The notes under the pieces were generated by a model. It saw nothing but the letters and a program-made list of their open reading frames with translations. It was not told the origin of the DNA and searched no databases. Source: Balanoglossus misakiensis (lineage: Eukaryota > Animalia > Hemichordata). Taken from it: a stretch of 64,000 nucleotides of DNA. The DNA lies in the NCBI GenBank assembly GCA_040954595.2, contig CM082587.2, forward strand, positions 4,792,093 to 4,856,092. Reading direction: 5' to 3'. Shown here piece by piece: positions 1 through 11,571 of this stretch (position 1 is its first letter; the number at the start of each line of letters is the position of its first letter). The position numbers were made by a program, and so were the translations under genes.

Positions 1-388
1 TACGTTCCCGAGGAACACTGTTGCGAGGGTAAACAGTGCGAGGAAGGCGTCATAAACGGAGAGACGTGCGAATGCGAATGTCACGAGGAATATGGGGAAG
101 AGTATGGATGTGGTAAGCATTTCTTTCATTGACGTCATATGTGACGGCCATTTTGTCAAGCAGAGCGCAGCCAGCGGTCACAATTGGGGCGGACCACGTG
201 CATGCATGTCTGCCTTACCCACCAGTACCATACTCACCTTTCTTTTGCTGAAGTTTCCAATTTTCGCCCGTCTTATTTACCGTCCGTCTTCTATTATACT
301 CGCAGGAAGCCTGAAACCTTCCGTTGACGGCGCCCTTCTCGTAGCCGCAGTCTGGTTGACGATCGTCACCCTACGACCCAGCGAATGA
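1..388 (+). CDS. 3' end (last two exons, 1-112 and 306-388) of a cysteine-rich, EGF-like extracellular protein with a hydrophobic C-terminal tail (possible GPI signal)
   Basis: Frame 1 reads YVPEEHCCEGKQCEEGVINGETCECECHEEYGEEYGC. A phase-1 donor GTAAGC at 113 joins the CGCAG acceptor at 301-305 in frame, giving GSLKPSVDGALLVAAVWLTIVTLRPSE*. The gene start lies outside the window. Confidence 0.6.
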
Positions 389-1904
389 TGGCATGTTTCA
401 TAGAAAAGCACTTTGGCTGGTTAAAGTATTGACTAGCTGTCAGTGTTTACCAGATTATATATAAAAGGGACTCAACTTCTACAATGTCTTTACATCGTGG
501 TAGGCCTACTTCTGTAAGACACGTGCGCCGCCTGTCAAAACTTGCCATTTGTTTTGCAATGACTCGACGTGCCGCATATTAAACTAATTTAAACCGAGCG
601 CAAAAGTCGGGTTTCTTAGAATTACACGCACTTAGTGGGCCACTTAATGCGTCCTGCAATTAGCCAACTTTTTAAAAATAATGATTTAATATGGGATAAA
701 ATCGACTTAACGAACACTATGCATATAAGTGTTACAATAAAATCTCTATATAACTACATTAACAAAGAGCGCCGTCACGTGTTCTTATAACACTAAAACA
801 TTATCCGGCTTACAACACGTACCATTATGACTACATCTGTGATCTTGATATGCTAAACAACTTCTCAATCACGCCAACCAATCACAAGCATCACAGCATA
901 CACCTGGCGAATGGAAAATATCGATTGGATAGTTGTCAGCCAGCGCATTTGTCAGGTGGTCAGTGAGGTGCCACGTTTCCATCATTCAAAACTAAATTTT
1001 TGACGTGCAAACATCATGGCTGAAAGAAGCGACGAGAATGACCTATTCATTACCAAGAGCAATTCTCGACACCCAAGTGAAGGCGACGGTCATGACTGTG
1101 TCGATGTGGACTGGATTTTCCAGGATTCGGGTGGCCTCATTGAAGATATTGTACATAAACCACCGGCCATGGAAAGTGACTTGAAAATCGAGGGCGATTT
1201 GAGTGGTTCTTGAGAGGTGGGAGGCCCGACTAATAATCATTAATTTGTGACCATGAAAAGCGCAGAAGGGCGGGCTTTTCACTTCGACGTCACCGTGGTT
1301 ACGCGCTCACCTTCATGGCTTCAAGAATCCTGTCGACCTTTTTTCGCGAGGTAAACAAATTCCAGTTTTTTTATCACCAAGGTCAGGGGTCATAATACAA
1401 CTCCGGATAGTGCCACATGATAAATTTTGGAATGACAGTATATCCAATTTCACTTTAAAAAGGGTAATTAGTGTCCTGAATAGTGCGGATATATCTATTA
1501 TTCACGATGAAAAAAGAAACTGAATTGTTCGCAGTCGTTGCATCAAGTATCAGCTAGCTATTTTAATTACGTAACGATGTGGGTACGCGCTTGCGATGGA
1601 TACGATCAAAATGCTTATTGAAATCATAGTAGAAGGCGGTTGTATTTTCTTGCTTTGCTGATCGTGAACAAGAATGATACGTGACAAAATAAAGACTTCT
1701 TGCTCTGCGCGCCGTTCACTCAAATATTTCTGCTATTTTATCTACGCAGGTTTTTTCTCCTTTGTAGTTCATGGGCGGAAGTTGCCTTTAACTGGACGGG
1801 AGCACGCGTGCACATACATGTTGTATTGTTTTCTTGTTCTTTATTGTTCCCTATATATCCACTTTTGTTATTTGTACCGGCCCTCGTTGTAGCGTCAGTC
1901 TAGG

Positions 1905-4637
1905 ATGGGCCGATGGCTGTTTGCTGGTGCCCGTCGGGTTATGACTGTTCGAAAAGCCTCGATGAATCCAACCCGACGAGAATTGACTACACCTGGCGCG
2001 CGCACCGTCGTTTTCGTTACGGGTAACCAGAACAAACTAGAAGAGGTACGTGGCCGAGTATTGCGGGCGAGTGGCGAATCACAGTCCCTCCTGTGCGGAG
2101 GGTCCCTCCTAGCTCCATGGTTGAATACTGACCCGAGGGGACGGACGATACTGAGCTTCGTACAGACGGAGAAAACACATTCTCACCGTTTGCGTCTTTA
2201 TTTTCCATTTCTAGGTAACCTCAGTACTCTCCGGCAAGTTAAACTTCGTGTCCAAGAAACTGGACAGTAAGTAATACATGTAATAGTAAAATGTGACCGA
2301 GAATGTATTTGTATAATATGACCACACCAATACAATTAATTGCTGTGACCTCATGACCCCAAACCGTCCCAATTAAGTTCCAGAATACCAAGGCGATCCC
2401 GATGATGTGTCTACTGCCAAATGTCTAGAAGCGGCGCGCCAGGTAAGCGGGGAAATCGTGGGTATGAAACAATTAACAAAACTCATAACCAATTAAACCC
2501 GCTTGGCTTGTCTCCATGATGGAACTTTTCATTTTGGTTGCTGGGGCAATGAGTTAATCTTATCCATTCTGCAGATGAGAGTTTAACGCCATGGGTATAG
2601 CCCCACGATGGCCGGTTGAAAATTTTCCCATTGGGGTCGTCCGGGGGGTCGTTTAATTGGGGTTTCACTTTTCTGAAGCCAAGTGTGTACCACCACAGTC
2701 GAGTGATACCACTGATGTATTTTAAGCTAATCGTGTTGAAGCAAACAGATGTCTTGTTTTCACTCTAACATTTTCAACGGTGTAGCAACGTCCCAGATAC
2801 GACTCTGACGGAAAAAATGTGATCGTGATTTGAGCATGCATGTTATTTAATACATCCCCGAGACAACTGTGTATGTTTTAGAAGAAAAAAAACGAGTGTG
2901 CTTAGACTTAAGAAGTACACATGATAGCAGATATTTTTTTTAATATAGAAATGTCCATTACCTGTGCTTTTCTCTCATTCAGGTGCATGGGGCAGTTCTG
3001 GTGGATGATACATGTCTTTGTTTCAATGCTTTAGGGGGACTTCCCGGACCCTATATGTGAGTCGCCAAGTGCACAATACCAATTGTCTTCGGGAGTTGGG
3101 TGGTAGGATAATTATATTTATGCGAAAGTCCAAATCCTAAATTCTTCTACGAATATTCGCACTATTAAATGTCTTGTCGTTTTGGAAATTGGGGCTGGGT
3201 AGAGGAGGGAAGGATATTAATTTTCAACCGAATATTTCCAACTTTATTTCAGTAAACATTTCTTTGAGAAGTTGGGGGCCGAAGGTATGTGTCTTTTTCA
3301 ATATTTTAGATAAGGATAATCAGCGGATTCCAAAATTTAATTTTTAATAGAGATCTGACTTTAAGTATCTATTAAACCAAGTGAGCATATTCAAATCACA
3401 TCTGGATTCCCTTTTCAGGACTACATCGTCTCCTAGCCGGATTTGAGGACAAGTCAGCTTTCGTACAGTGTACCTTTGCGTACTGTGATGGTTATCCAGA
3501 CCGACAGATTAAACTTTTTAAACGATTTCTGCAGGTAGGTAGAGACGAGAAAAGACCAGTCGCCACAAGTAACACTGTGTAGAATAAGCTTATTTAATAA
3601 CAATAGTGCACATGGGCTTGTGTTTTATCTGTCTCTCGTGCTTTCTTGCAGGGAACCATTGTACCGCCAAGAGGACCAAACATTTTTGGCTTTGACTGTT
3701 GTTTTGTGCCCCATGGATACGACCAAACGTAAGAGTATTTTGAACTTAGAGGTGGTTTGGTTAGATCGTGTGCGATGAATCCATGAAAGTCTTCATTGGC
3801 GTGCGTTATTTCAGTCGTGTATGGCCATTATAATTACGTCTTCTTCTTATTGTTAGAGTGTGCGTTATCTCATGAGGGTCACAAATATAGTGTAATATCA
3901 ATCACCCCGCCCCCGCCCCCGCCCCCGCCCCCGCCCCCTCACGTATCAGTGAAGACTGGCTTTAGAATCGTGCAACAGAAGTGAAGACGTCACGATGTTG
4001 CAGAAGTAGTCATCAGGTCAACATTTTCTGGGGCATTGATTCTTGTAAAGCGCCTTGAGCACAAAATATTGTGGATACGTGCGCTATACAAGAACTCACT
4101 ATTATTATTAGGCCAACTTAAACAAGGATTTTCATGATTAAATATGGCATATTACGCAGATGGACGCCTCTCTCGTGGTGAGTGCAGAGTGGACTGAGAA
4201 CCCTGTAAAAGCAAGGACAAATTCAACTGGGAGATCAGCATCCTCCTGGGTGTTCTCTCAGTGATAAGAATAACATAATAATAATGTTTCAATAGTTTAA
4301 ACATTGACAGGTAGATAGTGTTGACAGAAACGGTATAAAATATGTATTTTTTAGGTAACTGGTTTATAATCGTTCATAACACAGGCAATATTACCTCGTT
4401 CCATTGGCTTGTGGTACAATTGGCAAAAAAATGCCAAGCCCGTGACACGTCATCAACTCATCGGCGCGTAGTTCTGTCTGGTACAGACGACAAGATGAAT
4501 GTTCATTTTTTGGTTTTTAAAGGTATTCTATGATGCCTCCGGATCTACAGAGGACGCTCTCCCCTCGCGCGAAGGCACTGCAAGATCTGACGGACTACTT
4601 TTTGAAAGAGTATCGCGTTGAGCAAGAGTGGAACTGA
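1905..4637 (+). CDS. ITPA: Inosine triphosphate pyrophosphatase (ITPA/HAM1)-family protein, divergent, 8 exons, ~223 aa
   Basis: Exons 1905-2045, 2215-2266, 2378-2442, 2983-3056, 3253-3284, 3419-3534, 3652-3728 and 4523-4637 are all GT-AG and phase-compatible. Family motifs: [74 protein letters not shown]. Orthology versus paralogy is unresolved. Confidence 0.9.
3905..3939 (+). repeat. (CCCCCG)n C-rich microsatellite in ITPA intron 7; G-quadruplex-prone on the minus strand
   Basis: Directly visible ccccgcccccgcccccg run. Confidence 0.85.
4043..4110 (+). mobile_element. 3' tail remnant of an L2/CR1-type LINE or a partner SINE
   Basis: TGTAAAGCGCCTTGAG...GCGCTATACAAG followed by a (TAT)n tail resembles the conserved 3' stem-loop and short-repeat tail of L2/CR1 clade elements. 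This is pattern recognition only. Confidence 0.55.
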
Positions 4638-5272
4638 ATCGTGTGATGATGAGACGGTTAAGATAGCCTGAAAATGATAAGTTGTGTGCTGTTTCTGGGA
4701 AGATGTTTCCAAGGTGATATTTGTGTCAGGGCTGCTGATGAACAACCCCGGACTTTATTTCGTCCGCCACGACAACGTGTACTCTGCAGGCGTAAATCAT
4801 AATGTCTCTTTTGTTCGACCCCAGACGTGTCATTTGATTCTGTCGTGATGTTTTCTCAGTAGAGGCTTCATAGCACAGCTCTGGAAAACACTCCAGGTAT
4901 ACCTATTTCTAATATTGAAGACCCGGCATTGGTTTTCTATTTACGGTGGATTTATTTGCAGACATCAGATTCGAATAAAAGTGACCCCAGCACATGACTT
5001 CTATGCAGGCAGAAGTGTTCTCCTTTCTGCTGCAACGTGAGTGTTTATTCTGTCACGTGTCGTGGGCTATCCTAACAAGTTAATACAGAATCGAGTATTC
5101 TTTGCACTGATTTTCGTCTGCGGAAACGGCAGCTGCCTACTAGAAATGAATGTAAAATCATTACGCACGTTATCCAAGTGATGATGCGCCGGAAAGAGGT
5201 TGACCCCTGCTGAAAGTTACACAAATCCTCGCCACATTTCTGGGCAGGTAATCAGTCATTCAAGTCGTGCAT

Positions 5273-5403
5273 TGACGTCATCGCATATGATCATGATGAT
5301 GACCGCGTCAACACCGCCATGTATATAAACTTGACCAAGCAGGTGACCACAATATTCATTTGCATTCCCGCCTCACGAAGAGTTCACGAAGAGTTCTCGG
5401 TTG
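5273..5403 (+). promoter_or_regulatory. TATA promoter and non-coding exon 1 of the small Cys-rich peptide gene
   Basis: CRE palindrome TGACGTCA at 5273-5280, TATATAAA at 5322-5329 and donor GTAAGT at 5404. The matching pyrimidine tract and TCCAG acceptor lie at 6001-6005, just before the ATG at 6012. Confidence 0.6.
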
Positions 5404-6011
5404 GTAAGTGAGATTAACAAACGTGCGTCTACTTTACTCTCGGAATGGATACCAAAGATACCAATTTTTACCGTTCGTCCAAATTTTCGTGTGATAGATG
5501 AGTTTCGTCGACAGAAACAATATCTGCGTTATAATTTTGGACAATCTTCTTGGTGTTTTTCTCTCTCTTTTTTTGCAAATAGGCATTCAAATGTGCGATT
5601 TCAGTCCACTGAGCTGCCCGGGGTGGACTGCTACGACCAGGTTTCATTATATACGTCTGTTTTAATTTATGGCTAGAGCTTGACCGATAGGTTTACACAC
5701 TAATTCTGCCGTCAGCCTGCTACGTCCGAATACCAGGCTAACGGTAGCCCTTTCCCCCTAATAACCGAAACACGCTGTTCATGAGCAATTAACACTCCCG
5801 CTAATGCGAGAATTCGAACGAGGGAAACGACTGTGATAAGAGGACGACTTCAAGCTCAGTCAGAAATTCCATTGTGAGTGTTATCAGTCACATGGATACC
5901 ATGCGGAACTCGGCAGATCCAAACGATGCTTGGCTCTTCTTATATTGTCGCTAATATGTATGGCATAAGCCATGTGTATTTATCATCTCTATTTATTTTT
6001 TCCAGCTCAAA

Positions 6012-6233
6012 ATGCATGTCCGTGTGGTGATCTTCTTGGCGATCCTGTTGCTACTAGTGACGCCTTGTACGAGTAGAGGAAGCGGGCGAAGACACACGAC
6101 GAAAGCCTCTCGACGCCACCCGCTGGGACCCACCATGGGAGCGCTGAACCGGCGAGGGTGTGTGCAGACGCCGAAGTGTCGTTGCTGTTCGCTCAGATGC
6201 GTCTTTCGCAAGTGCATCATGCGGGTCCCTTAG
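6012..6233 (+). CDS. Secreted cationic six-cysteine prepropeptide (conotoxin/knottin-like framework C-C-CC-C-C), 73 aa
   Basis: Signal peptide MHVRVVIFLAILLLLVTPCTS, a basic propeptide ending NRR, and predicted mature peptide GCVQTPKCRCCSLRCVFRKCIMRVP. The ATG has AAAATG context, a splice acceptor sits just upstream, and AATAAA lies at 6853. Confidence 0.75.
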   Translation: MHVRVVIFLAILLLLVTPCTSRGSGRRHTTKASRRHPLGPTMGALNRRGCVQTPKCRCCSLRCVFRKCIMRVP

Positions 6234-7242
6234 GGCGACGGGCGGTGGTGATGATATTGGCCAACACTGCAAAGCACCAGCGCTCCAAAATGAAAGACTT
6301 TTCCGATCCCCGCATACAGAAAATGCAGTCACGGTTTTGTGACCAATTTACGGGGGAGGTGCTACGTCGAAGCGTCTCAACAGTAACGAATAACATCACA
6401 GACACTGCTGAAGAAAAGGGACATTGAAATCCTTGTCGACCTTGCGGTCGTCGTCATTTTAATTAATATCATCATCATCATCATTATTATTGTTGTTATT
6501 ATTACTTTGTTGTTTTTCTCGTTTTTGTCAGTCACTTTTCACTGTTGTCATGATTTTACTTTAAACTTTAGACGAAAGGGTGTACATGTACACAATTGCC
6601 AACCTCTGATTGTTGCTGCGCATTTCAGCTGTCCATTGCAAGAGTACACAACTATCGTCGTATGCGCACACGTGTATTAGACTTTCCGTGGCCCAGACGG
6701 CTTCGGCTATGGATAAGGAGAAGACTGGAGTATTTTATCGATAAAAGTATTTCACAGGTGGCAGCTAATGTTGCTGTATAGTATGTTATCATTTCTTTAA
6801 GTTGTTGTTGATATACAATGTAGTTTGATATTGCATTTCTGAAACAAGGGAAAATAAATAAGTTTTATTGGTTACACATTATATAATTGTGTATGTTGAT
6901 TGTATTTACGTTACAACACACAAGTAATAGGTTCCGTCGATAGATAAGTTATGGTCTCACGGCCCTGGGCCCATTCCCTGGGCCCTGCAATCAACAAAGC
7001 GCCACCACAAGGCGAAATATCACCTCAGTGGCGAGTTCTTTTAACATTCGTATTCTGTTTGGATCCGCGAATAATCTCCGCTTAATTTTCGGTCACGGGA
7101 AAACTGGTACATATACGAAAATGATTATGTTGCGTTCAATGTAAAATATGCTATGAACTGCAAAAGGTTAAGTAGGGCTGGACCAATCGATCGATTGTCG
7201 ATACATCGAAAATTTACAACGCCCACTCAGCTTCGGTGGGCG

Positions 7243-7268
7243 TCATGACGTCACTTCCGTCGCCAATG
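7243..7268 (+). promoter_or_regulatory. CTR1 proximal promoter motifs (CRE, ETS, CCAAT)
   Basis: TGACGTCA abutting CTTCCG, then CCAAT, in a CpG-rich patch ~180 bp upstream of the CTR1 ATG. Confidence 0.5.
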
Positions 7269-7436
7269 GTATTAGAATCACAATCTGAATCTGATACTGA
7301 CTAGTCATTAGTTTCTCCTTGCGCACGTAAATGTCCTAGATATTGTACACACCAGGTTTTATATTAGACTCTTTAGAGGCCGAGATCGGACGTAAGGCTA
7401 TATAATACGCAGGTTATAGGAAGAAAAAAACCCAGA

Positions 7437-10400
7437 ATGAGTCACCATGGTCACCACGGTATGATGATGGGGACGGAACCGCCTGCAGCTGTTGATCCCA
7501 CGACTATGATGATGGTAGGTGTTAAAATCTCTACAGTACATATAGTCATGATACAGTACATCAGCTGTTTGTGAAATTGTCATTGTGTGTGTGTTTGGGG
7601 GGGGGGGGGTGTCCAGACTCTACTGATGGGGAAACCAGCAGAGACTAACCAACCCCCGTCCCACAAATACATGTAGCTGTGTTTCCACAACCAGTACATG
7701 TACATGTATATTGAGCTTATGCAACGGAGAGTGTTCCCAATCCCAACACACGCGTTCCCCCTTTTCTTGTTCTGGAGCTTCTGCATAGGGACATTTACAT
7801 CATGTATGTACATTGTACCCAGTACAGCACACACTGAGTTGCCTGAATTGGTTACCACTGTTTCGTTCCCTCCATAGAGAAAATCTCACATATACCCCCT
7901 CCCTATAACCAGAGGCGGACACTCGCCATTCTTGTACTTGTAGTGGTGCCACAGCATGACTTGAGAATTCAGCCCCACTGACCACTGATTGCTGTTCAAT
8001 TTCAGAATCACGACCACCACAACATGATGACCAACGCCGATGGGATGATGACACATGACATGTCCGGGGCAGGGGATCACACTGGACATTTGACGTCGTC
8101 CGGACATGACATGAAAGTGAGTGGGTGTACAGTGCTAGGTCTGCGCTGTATTGCTGAAAAACATGTGACACAAAGTGCACACCAGTATATGTTCTGATCT
8201 TTGGGACTAGCACTAGGGGGTAAAATGATGCTTGTAGTAGTATATTTAACACAGGAGTATTTGAATGTGAAGTATTGAAATTTCCACCTACATCCCCAGT
8301 AAGTACCGGCATAAGGAGAGAAGAAATAAAATGCAGTGTCTCTTTGAGAATATTCGGAGCCAACTTTAAAAATTCAGCATCCACATCACCAGAAATTTAT
8401 TACATGTACCTTGTAAAAGTCATGAAAAAAACAGGAATTTACATGTATTTGATGATTGTCTGTGGGTGTACTGATTAATATGGGCATGTATTATACATGT
8501 TCTGATCAGGAAATACTATCGTGAGGAAAATACTGGTACGGTACATGTGCCTCATTAGTGAATAGATAAAAATGAGACATTGGGAGTGGCTGTGAAAGAC
8601 TGTACCGGGGTGAACTGCAAATAGATTGTTCGGCCAGCCATGTTAGTATCGAAACAAGAGTAGTTGAAATGACAACAGCAGTGTTCATTTACTTTGTAAA
8701 TACTGATGTAATATAAGCAAGGGTGGACTAATGTTGTGACCTGCATTGAAAAATGGGGGAAAAATGGGCTGATGTTTGTTGGGTTATTTGACGGGTCACT
8801 GCACCGGGGTACATTAGCATGTGTATAAGCATGGTCACACCACTGTTTAACATGCATGCAAAATTTGACATAGAAACATAGACACCGCAATTTATTTACC
8901 GTACTTCTCTGGTCCATTAGCCGAACTTAATAGTGGCCTCACACCTTTAAAAAAAAAAATCCATACCAAAGGTTTCATTTGAGTGTGGTTCAGATTCCTC
9001 CCCCCCCCCCAAAGAAAAAGAAAAAGACGGGTGTCATTATATGGTCCTTTACTTTAGGCAAATGTTAATCCAGCACCAACACTGGACTTTACTCAAACAT
9101 TGGGAGTGTCTCTATCGTTAAAGTTCAGATACAGTTAGTCCCAACTAAATCCAAATCCCTATCAACCTCTGTTAGCCTTCCATGTCTAAATATGACCCGC
9201 TTTGGTCAAAGTACGGGTATAAATTTGTTCATCTCTTTGGTTTTGCGTAAACTGTCTTCCTTCAGGCACGCACCTTTCTTGTTCATGTACACAAACAATG
9301 TCAGAGTAGTTTATGGGAAAGTACATTCCCAGTTTTGTGGGTCATCTGACTCATCTCCAACTGTGTGATAGAACAGTCAGGCAATATGGTTCTTATATTT
9401 GTGTACATCTGCTCAAGGTTATATTGATTCCCATGGTATTTTGGGTATCCAGCTGTGTTTTTCACATTTGCACGTGCGTCAGAAGGAAGTGGATGATTTT
9501 GCTTGTTCGTCATGGAGAAGTTGAAAAAAAATTGAGACGAGGGGGAGGGGGGCTTCATGAGATTAATCAGTGTTCCTTTTTCAGTCTTTGGAATTTTCTT
9601 TTTTGACAGGGTTGCTTATACACAATAAATTACATGTACATGTTCAAGTTCCAGCACAAGTGCCCTGTTTATTCGAGTTGTCAACTTGTGTACAGTACAT
9701 GTATGTTTATTGTGTGTGTCACCCCATCCTGTTTGACGAGACGATTTTCTTCGCTTCCCTATCAAACACACAGAGTAGATCTCCCCCAAAGCCCCTTATA
9801 GCGTTCTACACAGGCCTGATTCGTTGCTGTACACAAATGAACCTTGCTCGTTTGTTTTATTTTTTTTTTCCAGATGTACTTTCACTTCAGCCACACAGTG
9901 ACCATTCTATTTTATGAATGGCAAGTTGATAGTGTTGGAGGTAGGCAGATATGTTAATTAGATACATTTAGTTTACCACTTAATTGGTCCCTTGGTAATT
10001 GTCCTGGTACCACCTGAATTGTAAATAACATGTAGAATTTATTCAGATCATGGGTGTGTACATAAGTGATGTAATATCAACATGTATATGAATTACAAAT
10101 GTAATTCACCCACTGCACAATACAGTACACGCACGTTCATTTCAATTTCGTCTTTTCCCCCTTTTTTCTCTGTATCCTATTTCTCTTTCGCGCCGTATCC
10201 AGCCCTGGTTGGTTCCTGTCTAGCTATATTCTTTTTAGCCATGCTGTATGAAGGCCTCAAGGTACTACGAGAGTCCCTTCTCCGAAAGAGTGTCGTCAAT
10301 GTTAGGTATAGCTCTAGTCCAGTGGGCAAAGGCAGCGGAGAAACTGTTCTCATGGAGACTCATGGGCATGGCAGGTATGTGCAAAATGGGGCCATATGTA

Positions 10401-11571
10401 AATTTTCAGTTGTTCAGACAAAATGTATAGCACATGCATGTGTGTGTAACAGTAAACTCATGCCTTACTTTTCATCAGAATGCTTGCAGTTCATTGTAAC
10501 ATATTCATCTGAATATATATAATTTTTCGTGTATTTTTGATGTATACTATATAGCATACCATTTTCTGAAGGGTCCACCCAAATCTATCCTGCTGTCTCC
10601 AGATATATACTATGCATGTCCTTGAGAAATCCCTCTTGTTTACTGTATGTTGTTGTATTGACATAAAGCCCCATAAATATTTTCAAGATAGGCCATGTGA
10701 ACGGTGTATAGTTTTCTAGCCAGTAATTGCCATCATTAGCCTTTCTTCTGCCCTACAAAGGTTTCATGGTGAAGGACATTTCATTTTAATATATCTCGGG
10801 CCTTGAAGCCCTATAAAAAACATGTACATTATACATGTATGCTTGATTAGTAGGGAGGTGAAATATGCTTGGATCACTCATTGTACAGCTTTGTAAATGT
10901 CAAGAAAGACTGTTTCTGATAAAAGTTTTTGCCATAGTTTACAGAGCAGAGTCTGAATATAATCAACTAAGTGGCTAGCAAATTGGTTGGTTTTCTGTCC
11001 GGTTATAAAATGTGGTAACGCAACACAGGCGTCACCAATACCAGTAACTTCTACCATTGGTCTGTCCATATACTTACTTGTAAATCATACTTGTAAAAAA
11101 TTTATTCTGAGTTTCCGGTACCAGCATTTCGGGGGCGCATCCCCATAATGTTAATTAAGTGAAAATAGACAGCAATTCAAACTACTTGCGCTAATGTAGG
11201 AAAAGGAAAAGGAAAGTTGGATCTCTATAGAGGGAGATGGGGGGGGGGAAGAGTTAAATATAGGCTAGCACAGGTACATGCATGTACTACTGTTGGCAAA
11301 GATTGATGTGGAAATAAAAACTGTCACATCTTTCACAACTAATCTCTCCTCCCGTTTCATTGCATGCAGGGCAAGGATGTTTAGCTTGCCACATCTTATA
11401 CAGACGTTGCTTCACATCATCCAGATCACCGTCAGCTATTTCCTGATGTTGATATTCATGACCTACAACGTTTGGCTGTGCCTCGCCGTGGCTGCAGGCG
11501 CCGGGGCTGGCTACTTCATATTCGGCTGGAAGAAAACTGTTGTGGTGGATATCAACGAACACTGTCACTAG
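7437..11571 (+). CDS. SLC31A1: High-affinity copper uptake protein CTR1, 5 coding exons, ~209 aa
   Basis: Exons 7437-7514, 8006-8116, 9874-9940, 10203-10374 and 11370-11571. His/Met-rich ectodomain ([12 protein letters not shown]...), MKMYFHF, TM1 [15 protein letters not shown]2 MxxxM (MLIFMTYN), Gly-rich TM3 and C-terminal EHCH*. Confidence 0.95.

Noticed and set aside
5805-5825. Minus-strand GTTCGAATTC B-box suggesting a tRNA or SINE
   Set aside because: No A-box at suitable spacing and no cloverleaf.
6054-6427. Several ORFs overlapping the peptide gene in other frames and on the other strand
   Set aside because: They have no signal peptide, motif or splice support and are by-products of the GC-rich 6012-6233 CDS.
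7800-8384. 194-aa minus-strand ORF, the longest in the track
   Set aside because: It is antisense to CTR1 exon 2 and its introns, and has no recognisable domain.
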